Part shown: positions 50,805-64,000 of the stretch, piece by piece
Layout: the number at the start of each line of letters is the position of its first letter
Numbering within the stretch: position 1 is the first letter of the stretch
Origin: Lingula anatina
Lineage: Eukaryota > Animalia > Brachiopoda
NCBI GenBank assembly: GCA_051362555.1
Contig: CM120647.1
Span: forward strand, 20,622,651 to 20,686,650
DNA length: 64,000 nucleotides
Reading direction: 5' to 3'
Translations under genes and position numbers: made by a program
The notes under the pieces: model-generated
What the model was told of the DNA's origin: nothing
Seen by the model: the letters and a program-made list of their open reading frames with translations, nothing else
The model's database searches: none

Positions 50805-51397
50805 ATAGAGAGCAGACTGTAACAAGTCTGGGGTTTGTAATGATGTTTATGTGAATATTCCTGCCATTATGCTCATGTGGGGACAGTGTGGGTCAGAGTC
50901 TGGTCCCAAGTGGGGCCAACAATGGGTTACAGATGGGTTCTCCAGATGGGTTCAGTTAACAAGTTCCAAATGCACCATCTTACAGTATAGGCAGATATGC
51001 ATGCTGGGACAGTTTGTGGTCAATTTTGTGCTTTCAATGCATAGTAAACAGCTGGTCGATCAGTGACTGGATTCTATAACTGTTAACATGCTTTTTCTGA
51101 AACTGTTTGTTAGTAGTCATTATCAATGTCTATAGCATCCTCGTGGCCCCCTAAGTTCCAAAAATAATTGTATTTTCAAAGTGATAATACAGCTTTTGCG
51201 TCAGTAGAAGCAGAGAATCAAAATTGAAAATAAAGATTCCGTGCTGTTACAGAATAAGACTCCTGAAAGTAATTCTTGGAAAATGTCAGACTGATTTGTA
51301 ACCATTACCTTGTACAAATGTCACAATAAATGAAGCCACTGCCTACAGACATCGGTTGAAGCCTCCTTCATTTAAGACCACTTTTTTATATATCTTG

Positions 51398-51652
51398 GAC
51401 CCTATTCCCATAGACACCGTCGCTTTATGTAGATCAATCCAACTCTGCAAGGACTCTTGCTGAGTGCAACCAGCTTAACTGAACTACAGGCCTCCTCGTG
51501 TTTGCAACATACTGGAATAATCACCAGCTTTCTGTATTTTTCTCAATGACAGGAGGAGATGCATTATATGGTAAAGCTGATTGCATTCAGCAAAAGTCCC
51601 CACAGAGTTCGATCGATCTATGTAAACCAGTGCTGTTTATTCGAATGGGGTC
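51398..51652. mobile_element. Foldback MITE family C
   Basis: GACCCTATTCCCATAGACAC..TAGATCAATCCAACTCTGCAAGGACTCTTGCTGAGTGCAACCAGC pairs with GCTGATTGCATTCAGCAAAAGTCC..CAGAGTT..GATCTA..GAATGGGGTC. Confidence 0.8.
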
Positions 51653-54619
51653 TTATTCTCTTATTTCATGTTGTGGCAGAGACATTCTTTTGAGAATAAC
51701 CCTGAATTAATAAGAATTCCAGATTTATTTTACTGCCAGCGGATGTAATGTGGGATCACAGGGTTGATTTTGTTTGAACAGTTTTATCATTAGACTACTG
51801 ATATTAAGTGAAACAGAAGATCAAAGTATATTGATTATGGTTGATAATCTGGGCTTGATTGTCATGGTTTAAGAAAAAGGGTGTCAAAATCAAAGTAGAA
51901 TAAATTATTAAATCACAAGTACTTTAGGTAGTTCTGATGAAGATTGTAGGTCTTTGAACAGGTTTATGAGTACGACTTTGACAAATAAATGTCAATCAAG
52001 GGGGTTTCTGATGTGGTTTAAGGTATGACATTTATAATTAACAACCTTCAAAGCACAGGAGGTAATACAATCTTCCATAAATATGGCTATGTGTGTTGGA
52101 TAATTGGTAGTCAAAGATTGAAATAATGAGACTTTTCTTTCAATTTTACTGTTATGATTTATGTGTTCCTCTTCAGTGGGGGGGAGGGGTCAATTACTGC
52201 ATCATCTTTGACTGTTCTTCATGCTTGGTAAGTTAAATTTAAAGAGAACACCAGATTTCAATTATAATACTCAAAACATTGTTCTGTATGATGGTCTTTT
52301 AGGTGGCGTTTAAATCTTCTGATGCTCTATACATCTAACACTACCCTTGTAAAAAGGGAAAATCCATTTTATTACTTCTTTATTGCAAAAATTGCCCTTT
52401 TAAAGTGTTCAAAAATTGAAAATTACAGTGTTGAGTTGAAGAAAATCATTTGTTTTTTTGGGAAATTTCCCTCAAAACTGGGGTTTTAAAATCAGGAAAA
52501 TCATGACCAATTGATCTTTTTGGGAAATTCCTGTATGTTCTAAATATTGGATAAGCATGACAACTTACATTTTGAGGAAACCAGAAAAATGATGGTTTGA
52601 AAATCAGAACAATGGTTAATTTTAGTGAAAATTCCCCAAACTATGGCCTTATAGTCAGGCATTATACTGGTATTGTAATTACAGTGTGTATTGTAAGAAG
52701 TCAATTTATTTGAGGTAAATGACTTGATGTGTTTGACTTTGATATGATCTTCTTAATACGGTATCAGTAGGAAAGCCTTAATTGGAACAGGAAGATATTC
52801 ACTGGTAATGGACATCACAGCAATATTATTAAACATGTTATTGAACTCTTGCTTCTTCCATTTCTATTTGCCACACATTGACAAACAGACCGAGATCTTT
52901 GTACCAGTTTATGGGAATTACTACCCTTTGAAACGCTAGCAAAGAACTCTAAAGGTGTGACATATTCAGAGATTTTTTAACCTAAAGAATGTCAGCTGGT
53001 GTCACCTGTCCTATAACATGTACACCAAACAAAGTGCAACAGATTCTCTCCATATCCCCTTTCCGAACCTATGTTTATTCACAGAAAATGACTGAAAATT
53101 AGTCTATACAAAAATTATTATCGTATGGTTTCACCAAACTTTTAGTCAGCTTTGACCAAAGAAGAATCAGTCGTAGGTTTTACAAGTGCAACATTGCACC
53201 TGTTTTATGACAGAAAAAAATCATGGATTCTTTTTTTAAAAAGACCAATTTTACAGTTTCTTCATTCAAGTTGACTAATGTAGACTTGTCACGAACTAAA
53301 GTAGAGTAAAATTTTAGACTAAATTTTCAATTTGAAACTGTCTCCTAGGTAAATTGATGTTTGTCTACTTCCAGGTCTTCTTTTAATAGGAACAATTCTG
53401 TATGTGTCTTGATACTACATGCATGCACAAATTGAGTGAATTACTCACCTCCCAGATGTTTCCTATCAGAAGTCAGTTGTTCAGAGTTGATTGCTTTAAC
53501 CCTTGCATAGACCTCTTCAGTAAACGGCACCTGCGCCCATTTGGTCTGTATTCTTGAGTCAGAGAAGTTCAATCTGTGAGCTTTTATGTTAACATTGCTT
53601 GGAACAGGACACTGAAGAAGAATAGAAAGGCAATACGGTAATAGCTCACTCATTTCAAACTTATTTCTTTCTCTAGTATTTAATTCATTTAAATATTTCA
53701 GGATTCTTTTTCTTTTTTGGTTTTTTCACGCAAAAACATGTTTTGCACATTCAGACTTGCTTTTTATCTGATTTAGATTTTAAATTCAATTTTTTTTTTT
53801 CTCAGTAATTTTTCACCTTAAACGATCCCCAGACCCCTGATCTTAAGATCACCCAACCATTTCTTCATCCTTTTTCTTTCTTGCAACTCAAAATCATGTC
53901 TGCACTTTCTTGGTCCCGACTAACTTAAAAGAACTTTCAACAAATCAATGTTTTTGGACAGTATCAATAAAACATAATGTTTAGGGAAATGAAAATTATA
54001 AAAATTTCTGTTCAACTTTTGTGAGTTTTTACCGTACCCTCTTGACATAACAATAAGTGGTATAAATTAACGACTAGGATATAATGTAACTTCTATCTTG
54101 GAGCCTGAAGCTCCCTCAGGCCTGTCATGCTAGTGGCTAGATGAAGACGTAATCCTCTGGATAAATGGTTGAGGAAATTTGTTAGGACATTAACATGCAA
54201 TGCGGGAATGGCCTGAGCACAATGTGCTTTAATTTTCTTGTTGTGTTAAAAAATAACAGATTTTATGCAGTGAAAATAAAGAGATAAAAAGACTGAATTT
54301 AAATTATGTGTATGATTTTGAATTATAGATTATTATAAAAACTTGTGATGAATAATATAACAAAATTTTGATTCCCCTGCTCCTCCCCCCTAAAAAAAAA
54401 AACAAAAAAACAACCATGTATTTTGATCATTTATTCTATATTTACTAAATTTGCCAATTTGATTTAGACAGAATATTAATCACTTTTACATAGAGGTTAC
54501 ATAGTTGTTTCAGATCTGATTTGGGGTGTTAAGCCCCGTAAATCATGGTGCCCAATTCATACAGAACTGAGGGCTGGGCCAACAGTACCATGGGCATAAA
54601 AATGATCTGATTTGATTGG

Positions 54620-54827
54620 CCCCATTCAGAATAGACGATCCGAGTACTAACTGATCTGCCAACTAAATATGGCCGACCACACTTCAAAAGCGATGCCCCT
54701 GATTCTCCACACGCACCATTAAATGGATTCCATCCCAGCTCCGAGGTTTAATTGCTAGGCCCCTGCAGTGATGGCATGTGTGAAGGCAGGGAGACCATCA
54801 TGGAATCAGCAGCATCACTTTTAAAAG
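54620..54827. mobile_element. MITE family B, truncated inverted copy
   Basis: CCATTCAGAATAGACGATCCGAGTACTAACTGATCTGCCAACTAAATATGGCCGACC; internal GAGGTTTAATTGCTAGGC is the reverse complement of about 22507-22524. Confidence 0.8.
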
Positions 54828-56409
54828 TCTAAATTGAAAAAGATCTAGCTATGCAGGATATGTAGACTAGAACATTTGATTTTGAGATATTTTGAATGGA
54901 TTGACCACTAGGTATCATGTTTTATTACATGTGATCACAAGCAGCACCACGTTATAGTTATTACTGATTTACATAGTAATGTTCTTAAAGCTACCATTAT
55001 ATATTCAGAGTTTTTTTTTTTTTTTTTTTTTTTTGAGAACACAAAGAATGTCTCATTATCTCTATATTCTAAATGAAATATGCAGTGTTACATACAGAAT
55101 CACATGTTGTGCACTGGACTGTGTATAAAAGGCACGCAATATTACAATAGTCAATACACACAGTGCCTGAGAACATGGCAGTGGTGATGTTGACTATAAT
55201 ATCTGAATACTAGAAGCTATTTATCAGAATTATTCATGCTTTAGGCACACAAGTACTACTGGCCCATTGATTGACTATGTCCAACCTCACTCTCACTCAG
55301 CATAGTGATCCTTTAAAGTTAAACTCTCCCAGTATCTCAACAGCAAAATGCCCTTTTGAGACAGTTTAAGATTATCTTGGAATAATTTTCACAACCAACA
55401 ACAAAAGGGCCTTTCAACACAATTTAGATAATGTTAGGGTAATTTATGTTTTACATATATAGCAATCTCACATTGTGCTGAAGGCGTGACCAGATAACAA
55501 ACTGTCTGCTGCATTCAAACCCCCTTCTTACGCGGGTCTTTTTTTATAGACTCTATTCATGCTGGCTGCACAAAAGAACTTAGCTCAAAAGTTGGACTAA
55601 ACTTTAAGATTGTAAAATTTTAGTCTGTTAAATCAGTAGTAGTATACTCATTAACATTGTGTGGCCTTCATTGGTGTGGAAATATAATAATTATCCCTCA
55701 TTTTAGTATATTATCTCGCACAAGCTGCAATTTGATTAAAATACTAATATTGAATTAAGTGTGAACCAAAGGCAAAACTGTATGTAAATTTTCGAAATTT
55801 TTTCCTCCTGTTTTGTATTTTATGACTGGACATGAATTAATCTAGTTTTGAAACACAGGTGCTTGCAATAAAGCAGTTAAATTTCTATGAAATATATGCA
55901 ATATTTATAATCTTATCAGAAGTCATGATTTATTCCATTTGTTGTGTGTGACATCATGTTATTATCCTTGGAACAGTTTCGGGTAAAACACCTACTAGCA
56001 TCAATCATGTATGCGTGCCCTTGTTAATGTGAATTTTTGGGTGCAAAAGAATTAAATCATTCCATCACATGATTATTGCTGTAACAGTTGTATATAGATT
56101 TGTGCATCATGCTTGGTGGGTAGAATGAGAATAAATAAGAATAAAAGACCAGATTTTAGTGATTTTGAACTAAAATTTATGATTTATGATCACTAAAACT
56201 AATTTTATCATTTGATTACCTGAAATTGTCTTCATTGGGGAAACTTCCTTCTCTCTTTTGTTACCAGCTCTCTGAAAAGATAAAAGAAATTTCAAATTTT
56301 TGATTAATTTCAAAGATAAATCAGCATCTGCTACAGCAGTTACATTGTACTGGTAGTTTAAATAACTGTACGTGCACCTTGCATGTTGAACCATAAAGAT
56401 GATCTGATT

Positions 56410-56599
56410 GGGCCTGTTTAAAACCAGTTGATCCTGATCATAGATCCTCAAATATGACACGATCCACATGAAAGCATGCCAAGATTTAATTGCTCTGCCC
56501 CTGCAGGGATGGTACACATGGGAGGCACATTGTCGAGTGTGCGCCATATTTGATCTATGGACTAGTTAGTCTGCGGATCAGCTGGTTCTGAACAGGCCC
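56410..56599. mobile_element. MITE related to family B
   Basis: GGGCCTGTTTAAAACCAG...CTGGTTCTGAACAGGCCC inverted ends; shares internal TTTAATTGCT..CCCCTGCAG with the 54620 copy. Confidence 0.7.
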
Positions 56600-56929
56600 T
56601 GTGGATGTACATGTTAACATTCAAGGTGAAGGCACCAAACTGACAGTGTCACTGCTGAAATATATATTAATACAAGTAATGGTACATATTTATTTAATAT
56701 GTACAGGATGCTTTATCAGAGAGAGCTGTTGAAACAGAAATTGTCACGCGAGTTGATCTGCTCATAGAGCTCAGTCTCTCAGTTGTGATGTGAATATTTA
56801 AAATTGGTAGCACCTTGCGAGAAAATACATTTGGAACATATAAGCACACAAGCAAAAGACATGACTGAAAGGTGTTTGTAGTATGTATGTTGTCTGATGA
56901 TACGTGACTCAAAACTAAGTCAGGGAAAG

Positions 56930-56967
<38 letters not shown>

Positions 56968-58851
56968 CAGAAAACGAGAGAGAAGTTAAATATACAGAAA
57001 ATGTATTGTTGATCCAGTTCACCTAGTTCTAGGTTCTGAATCATTTTCGTTGAGGCCAAGGCCAATTTTGTGGACTTTTAGTATACAGATCAAGTGCATC
57101 TCTTCTTTTTTTTATTTGATTTTGTAGGAAGTAAGTGCCCATAACCATCACTGTTCTCATTTTGTGGAGCTTGGTTTCTCCAGCTCTTTCTTCCTCTTTA
57201 TTTAATGTTGTTTCCATTGCCAGCAGCAATAAATGTGTATCTGCCTTTTTTTTCACAAGGAGGTCTGGCTTTGACCACAATTTATGCCTCCAGATATTTC
57301 TGACATTTAAATTATTTGAAATAAAATCAGTGATTATTTGATCAATCCTCAGTAAAGATGCTATACTGATTTTCTTTGGTTTCACACGGAATGACTAAAT
57401 TGAATTAGGTGGTAATTTTATCCATCACAAAGAAGTGATCTGCTAATTAATTATATATAATGAGATTAAGTTTATGCTTTTTTGTCACTTTCACTTACAA
57501 AATTAAGTATGTTACTCAGATATAGGGTTTGATATTTGTGGTTCTTTTGATTTTGTCTGCACTTATGATTATAGATGATATTTCAAAGTCGTTTTAGATG
57601 TAGATTGCATTCCAACATTAGGATGACACAATGCCTTTTAATGTCCAGGAAAAAGCATTTCTAAATTTTTAATACACATGGCTAAAAACTAGGATATATT
57701 GCTTTTCTAATAATTTATTAATGTAGTGCATTAATTTTTTTTTTTCTACAGTATGAAATGATAACTGTGTGGCAATTTTCAGGAATTTTTTTCTAGCCCT
57801 CTAAGATAATTTTTGGTTCTGAATTGCGCTATCAAATATGATTGATGGAAGACTATAATAACAAAGCTGGAGTCTCACTAATATCACTTCTATTAAAATA
57901 AATTTGAAAGTAGTCTTGCTTCAAACTGTTCACACCAAAGTGACACTAGTGTATGCGTCACTTACTGTAAATAGCCTAGTGTGTGATTTGTACAATTTAT
58001 AATATCTATAATTGCATCTGAAACATTTGTTGCATTAATTTGGATGGAATTTAATGAAATAATGGACTAACACAAACTTCTGCTATAAAAAAGATTTTCA
58101 AAATGCGTTGTTTCATTTAGATCCATTAGGGATGAGCTCCCACCTGTTGAATGCTTTGTAGGTTCATTTTCTCATTGTTTGTGCTGATTATGAATCTGTA
58201 CTGCCTTATCCTAGTATTACACAAACTTTTAACACAAGAGAGTCATTTTGATACATGTAATGTAAGAAAGTATGTGATTTCCCTAGCTGTAAGCAAAGAC
58301 TTGTTAGTTGGTGATTAGATCAAACCTTGCATATGGTTATATGGAGTACTTATTGTGTGTAATTGCACTGCTTATTTATTTGTTTATGTAACTTTGTTGT
58401 TTATTTATTTGTGTGACAATTTAGTAGTTGCATATCCCTAAGATTGTACCTTATTTGTGAAAGTGTTTATCTATAAAGAAATCTGAAACTATTGATCAGA
58501 TATTCAGTGTATTATTGGCACATGCCAGATCAAAATTATCCTGATGATCTGTCCTCAAGGATCTGATAGATTTTTTTTTTTTTTTTTTGATAGCAATACT
58601 TCAGTTTGTTTTTCATTCCACGTTTATTTGTTTTTTTTTTAAACTTATTTTCTGTGTTCCTACTTAATTACTGCTGAGTACTGAGTGCAAGTCTGTAAAC
58701 AGCAATGAAGAGAAATGCATTATACGTGTTAAATTATAGCACATTAATATGCACGTGCTTGCACTGGCATGTGTATGCTTATGCATCATGCAAACAAGCA
58801 TTCCTCTGCTTGTTCCTAATTTTAACATGTACATGTTTTTGCCTGCATGGT

Positions 58852-59230
58852 GCACACACATACTAACACACACATACATTCACATACATGCACAATAGAC
58901 ACATGCACACACACACACACACACACATACAAACACACATACATTCACATACAAATACACACATACATTCACATTCAAACACACACATACATTCACATAC
59001 ATGCACAATAGACACATGCACACACACGTACACACACACACATACAAACACACATACATTCACATACAAACACAATAGACACGTGCACACACACACACAC
59101 ACACACACATACAAACACACATACATTCACATACAAATACACACATACATTCACATTCAAACACACACATACATTCACATACATGCACAATAGACACGTG
59201 CACACACACACACACACACACACATACAAG
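58852..59230. repeat. Compound CA-rich satellite with higher-order units
   Basis: Repeated ACACACATACATTCACAT and CACAATAGACAC blocks interspersed with (CA)n. Confidence 0.9.
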
Positions 59231-60738
59231 TACACAGTCATCCCTTCAATCATGTTTTATTTTGGACTAAATTTTGGTCACATCTCTTGATCATTCCTCC
59301 TCTGAAAATAACATAAGTGTGTTGTGTAAATACAGTATATGTATAGAATGTGTCTCTATCTTATGCTGCAGGTCTTTCCTGTCTTGATAGTATAGGAGAA
59401 AGATAGTAGCTTTATATCTCTGCAAACTAAGAGGAAATTAAAATTGAGGCTAAAAAACTGGCTGTTAACCTTAAGATAAAGTTGTAGAAGTTCTTCAGTA
59501 AGCAAAGTTTTTTACAAGCTTGACGTAAGTCATCTCATGTATATTCTACTTCTAACACTGTAGTCAGTGTTCTAAAGTCAAACTAAAGCTATAGCCTGTA
59601 GTCAGTGTGGTAAAGTCAAATTAAAGCTATAGCCAGTCTAAGAGTTTTTGTATTCTGTTCAAGTAACTCAAGAGTTAAGCCGTAACAAGAGAGAGTTGTG
59701 CCATATTAAATTACCTGCATGCATGCTCGCATGCGTGTCTTCGGGCCCTAATTGGCATATTGAAAAGGAAATAGTAAAATCAAAGATGACAAAGGGGATA
59801 CTGATGAGCGTTGCTAATTTGTTTGGATGCAGTGTGGCTGTGTCTCACTGGTAATTGAAGAAAGAATACTACCCAGGTTTTGTTATGCTTCTTTTTTAAT
59901 GACCTAGCACAAGAGGTTTAATAAATATTGTTGGTATGCTAGTTAAACATGTATATAAAACCAAATGCATATACACATATTTGCGTATACATGCAAAGTG
60001 AGAGAAGGAGGGAGCAGAGATAAAAAGAACAAATTGGAGAAAGGGAGAGAGACAAAGGAGGAGAGATAAAAAGAGAAAAATGGGGAGGAGGTAGAGAGAT
60101 AGGAAGAGAGAGGTCATATGTGCGTTATTTAGTTCACAATTGTAGGACAAGAAAATTGGCAAATGCACCCATGTATTTATCTTTTTTTTCAGTTATACAT
60201 CCCTGCGCACAAATTCATGTCTTTCCTTCATTTTAATTGTCCCTAGGTAGAGTTTTGTCTCCGTCTGTACCTGATTGCATACACTGCATGTAATCCAATA
60301 AACCCTCCAGTTCCTCCAGACCCAGTGGTAGTCTCAGGGGGTTTGGATATCTTAATCAACACGTTTCTGGAATTACTGCAGAATTCGTGATGCCTAGGTC
60401 CCAGCGCTATGTTATTGGGTTTTTGTCGAAAGTGGTTACTGTAATTGAAATATCAGGTTGGACCCCAGTGGAGTGCGCTAACTGTGGACACGATAGATAG
60501 ATATCTAAGTTTTTCAAGAAAAATCTCATTTCTGTTAGTTTTATCCTTCTTATAATCTCTTTTCATGTCCATTGGGAGAAAAAAAAGTGTTAAAATAGTC
60601 TAACTTTATCTGATTAATTTCTTGCTGTTAAATGACTATTTTCTTCTTTTCTCATCCAATATTTACCGATCTGTATGGTTGCTGTTAAATTATCTTTATT
60701 TCTTTGTTACGAATTGTAGATTTCATCATGACATGGTG

Positions 60739-60774
<36 letters not shown>

Positions 60775-60860
60775 AAAGAAATAGCAATTCTTTTTTGTTG
60801 TCAATGAGTTATATGCACATTTCAGAATAACATATTTATTAAGCATTTTTTGGGCATTAA

Positions 60861-61022
60861 CCACCCATAGCCAGGGGGGGGGGGGTTTGAATGAATCGCC
60901 CCTTTTGCCTGGAAAAGGTCCAGTCTGGATAAAATTTTATCTACGCACATGAGGGTTTCTTGGTAAAAGGTGCACTTTCTCAGAAAAAGAATCCCCCTTT
61001 GAAATGACTTGCTTTGGGGCTG
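60861..61022. mobile_element. MITE family A, diverged copy
   Basis: CCCATAGCCAGGGG...AAAAGGTCCAGTCTGGATAAAATTT...AAAGGTGCACTTT, colinear with 8183-8352. Confidence 0.7.
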
Positions 61023-61945
61023 ATGTGTAATTAACTCCTGGTTCAGCTGATATAGAGTGTTGTACACAATTGCCAGAAGACAACAGGTATGGTAATTACT
61101 TGAAATGTTCAAATACTTTCACTTTAATTTGATTTTTTTTTTTACAATTTATCATTTTAATTACTCACACAAAAATTTTTGAAACCATAGTCATCAACTG
61201 ACTTTTTAAACTGTTTAATCAGCATTTCTTATTATTTCTTGCAAAACTTGGTCTTTGGAAAAATAATTGATTTTTATTTATTTTTTTTATATGAATATAA
61301 TGAGAAATTACCGTATGCTTATGTTGTGATATTCCTGAAGCAACTGTGAGATGTTTCTGTAGTGTGGGCAAGATTCTTTTTAACACCATGGCACTTAAGA
61401 TGGAACCCCAAGAGATTTCTTTGCTACACTTAAGGAACCCCCACAGTTATAAAGTATCCCACATATTGGCAATGATTACTTGCGGAATTGGAATATTTTC
61501 TATTAGATTACAGCAATACTCTGGGAGGTTCAACCTCATGGTTATATTATTGACAGTTATTGAAATTGGGTGAGAATTTATTTATAATATAAAACATAGC
61601 CATTCCTGATACGTTCACTCATTGACTGAAGTCTATTGGTGATGCTCATTAATCATTATTTTTTTCTGTCAGACATGGAAATGTGCTTGATAATTTCTGT
61701 GCTCATATTCACATTTGCTGACAGGTATTGCAATATTTTGACACTGGTGTAGCAACATTTCTTGTCCATTGATGATATATTTAGCCAATTTCTTGGTAAT
61801 GTTTACAATATGAATATTTTTTTTTCAATAAATCAGTCAAATATCTTACGAATTTTTCTTATAAATAGCACTTATTTGTATTTATATGTAAGAACCAGTT
61901 TGTGATATTTTCACTAGTATATACCCTCAGCCTAGTAGATAATGT

Positions 61946-62161
61946 GGGCACATTCCCAAATGAAACTTTCATTCTATTGTGGATCGATCCAACTCTGCAG
62001 GGACCCTTGCTGCTAACATACTTGTACAATCACCAGATTTTCCATATTCTACTCAACACAAGAGGAGGCATGTTAGACTGTTGATATGATTGCATTCAGC
62101 AAGAGTCCTCGTGGAGTTGGACCAATCTATGTAGACTGCTAGTTTCATTGGAAATGAGCCC
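61946..62161. mobile_element. MITE family C copy
   Basis: GATCGATCCAACTCTGCAGGGACCCTTGCTG ... GATTGCATTCAGCAAGAGTCC; GGGC...GCCC ends. Confidence 0.75.
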
Positions 62162-62284
62162 GTATCACTTTCAGTTTAAAACAGTCTCAATGGGCAAGTG
62201 GATTTTTAAAGCTGTATATTGTTCATAAAAATGAAAATATAAATTGACAAGATTGGCATTCTTTGCCTCTCAACTCGTCTCTGT

Positions 62285-62497
62285 GACCATTCAGAATGAG
62301 AAGAGCCGAGTGTTAGCTGGTCCTCAGCTGGTCCCTCGACCGGTCGAATTGAGCCCAGATTTTATTACTGTGCCCCCGTAGAGACGATGCATGAGGAGGC
62401 ATGAAAGAGGCGGAGATATCGTTTCAGGATTAAGCGGTGTTCCTGTCATGTAGGCCGTGGACCAGCTAGCACTCGGCTCTTCTCATTCTAAATGGCC
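62285..62497. mobile_element. MITE with ~39-bp terminal inverted repeats
   Basis: GACCATTCAGAATGAGAAGAGCCGAGTGTTAGCTGGTCC ... GGACCAGCTAGCACTCGGCTCTTCTCATTCTAAATGGCC; terminal CCATTCAGAAT shared with family B. Confidence 0.85.
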
Positions 62498-64000
62498 CCT
62501 CTGACACATCTCTCACTGTGATTTTACTGCTGTGGAGGTTATGGTGTTCTCTTCTTGTTTAGAGCCTTACTCAAAAAGTTTACTTGATGGATTTTAATAA
62601 AATTTTCAGGAAATCCTGTTAGGTCATAAATAGGGAATTCCAATCCTTTATTAATTTATTAATCAACAATGAGAATTAAACTGCCTTGATAGAGGTCTTT
62701 CCTGTCTGAGTCTTTTTCTAGTTCATCATATTTTGAGGTCATATTTCGATAATATTATACATGTATATCTGACGTAAGGCTATATTAATATTTAATGAAC
62801 CCTTATTTTGAAAAGCTAATTAGGTTGATCTGACGCTGGGAGACTTTGTTGTAAATTACCAATAAGAACTGCTAAAATAATGCATCATGGTATGCATACT
62901 ATCCATGTTTGAAACTGTCCCAATGCCATATTTTCTATATATCTACATATCCTGCATGGTGTCTTAATGCTGCCCCAATTCAGACCTCAGGAATGATTTT
63001 TAAAAATCCTTTCATAAAAATACCTGATGTTGGCATTTCCTTCTCATACGTACAGGAAGACATGATGATCTAAATGTCTAAATGTTATGGAAAATATGCA
63101 AAAGTATTTAAATTACTTTAAACTGGTATACAACAATGGATCCAAGTGCAGGGATGAATCAAGCAAAGTTTGGTAAAGGGATTATCTTGAAAAAAAAAGG
63201 GCATTTTTTTAAACTCAGCCATGCTGTGTCAAATCCTGATTCCATGAATAATTACCGTAAAATTGATGAAAATAATAAGTCCAAACTCCATCAGCAATTT
63301 CCATAAGATTGATGAAAGTGATGAGCAAGTTGCATTCCTATAGATACAAATAGTGTCCTTATTAAAACTGTACAGGCTTGCTGTCAGTGATTTGGTAATT
63401 TCAGTTACATAATGACACTGTGGCAGACAGTGGGTGAGTTCAGACAAGAAATGCTTTGAACTGGACCTTGGGATAACTAGTGTCATAAAACAACTGGAGT
63501 GATTCCTCTCTGGAATGTCTCATACCCTCTATCAAACTGGTGGCATTTCTTTTGGTACTTTATATCAAGAATGCAAGTTTTTGTTTTTAGTATATAATTT
63601 TTTTCTGAGAGGATTTACATGCAGAATGGAGAAATAAAAATTACTTAGGTGTAATATATTGTCCTATAATCAGGTTGTCTGAAAAAACAAATAAGACCAA
63701 CTATTGGTCCCAAGTGGTTCTTGTGTAAACATACCCCATTGTCCCACTGCAAACTTATTTATCACATGACGGCTTTCAGGGAAAAAATATTGGTAAGCTT
63801 ATCTATTATGCTGTTGGGAGGATCAAGCTTACATCATTGATATAAACATCAATTTGTAAAAGACCCTTAGGATTAGTTTTGCTGTGTGAAAAGCATAACA
63901 GATACCTGCTGCAGTTTGTCCTGAAACATGTGCTAGAATTTACATAACTAGTATGACGTCAAGATAGTCTTGCCTTTTTTATTGCAAGAAAATAGATTAT

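Noticed and set aside
56694-57385. Minus-strand ORFs of 88 and 114 aa as a further protein-coding gene
   Set aside because: No recognisable domain and no phase-consistent coding chain with neighbouring exon-like segments.
58664-59253. ORFs rich in C/V or H/T
   Set aside because: Translations of a CA/TG satellite.

Overview
AT-rich, intron-containing animal genomic DNA (invertebrate; a lophotrochozoan such as a mollusc is a weak guess from repeat motifs). Bases 1-17 kb hold the 5' half of VPS13B on the minus strand: 27 phase-consistent coding exons traced by hand, about 2,020 codons, running off the left edge. Head-to-head with it is KDM1B/LSD2 on the plus strand: 9 coding exons at 18539-23692 covering the zinc finger, CW finger and start of SWIRM. 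No further KDM1B exon was recognised, implying an intron of more than 40 kb. That interval contains (i) an antisense class A GPCR with an uninterrupted CDS whose UGA-C stop is followed in frame by 104 open, polyQ-containing codons (stop-codon readthrough candidate); (ii) an apparently intact 4.63-kb ISL2EU-type (PHIS / PIF-Harbinger-related) DNA transposon with convergent spliced THAP-DDE transposase and SWIM-YqaJ exonuclease genes and an AT target-site duplication; and (iii) several MITE families, a degenerate back-to-back hammerhead-like remnant and microsatellites. VPS13B also shows repeated tandem duplication of exon/intron boundaries and two probable GC-AG introns. All calls are by eye; no database searches were run.
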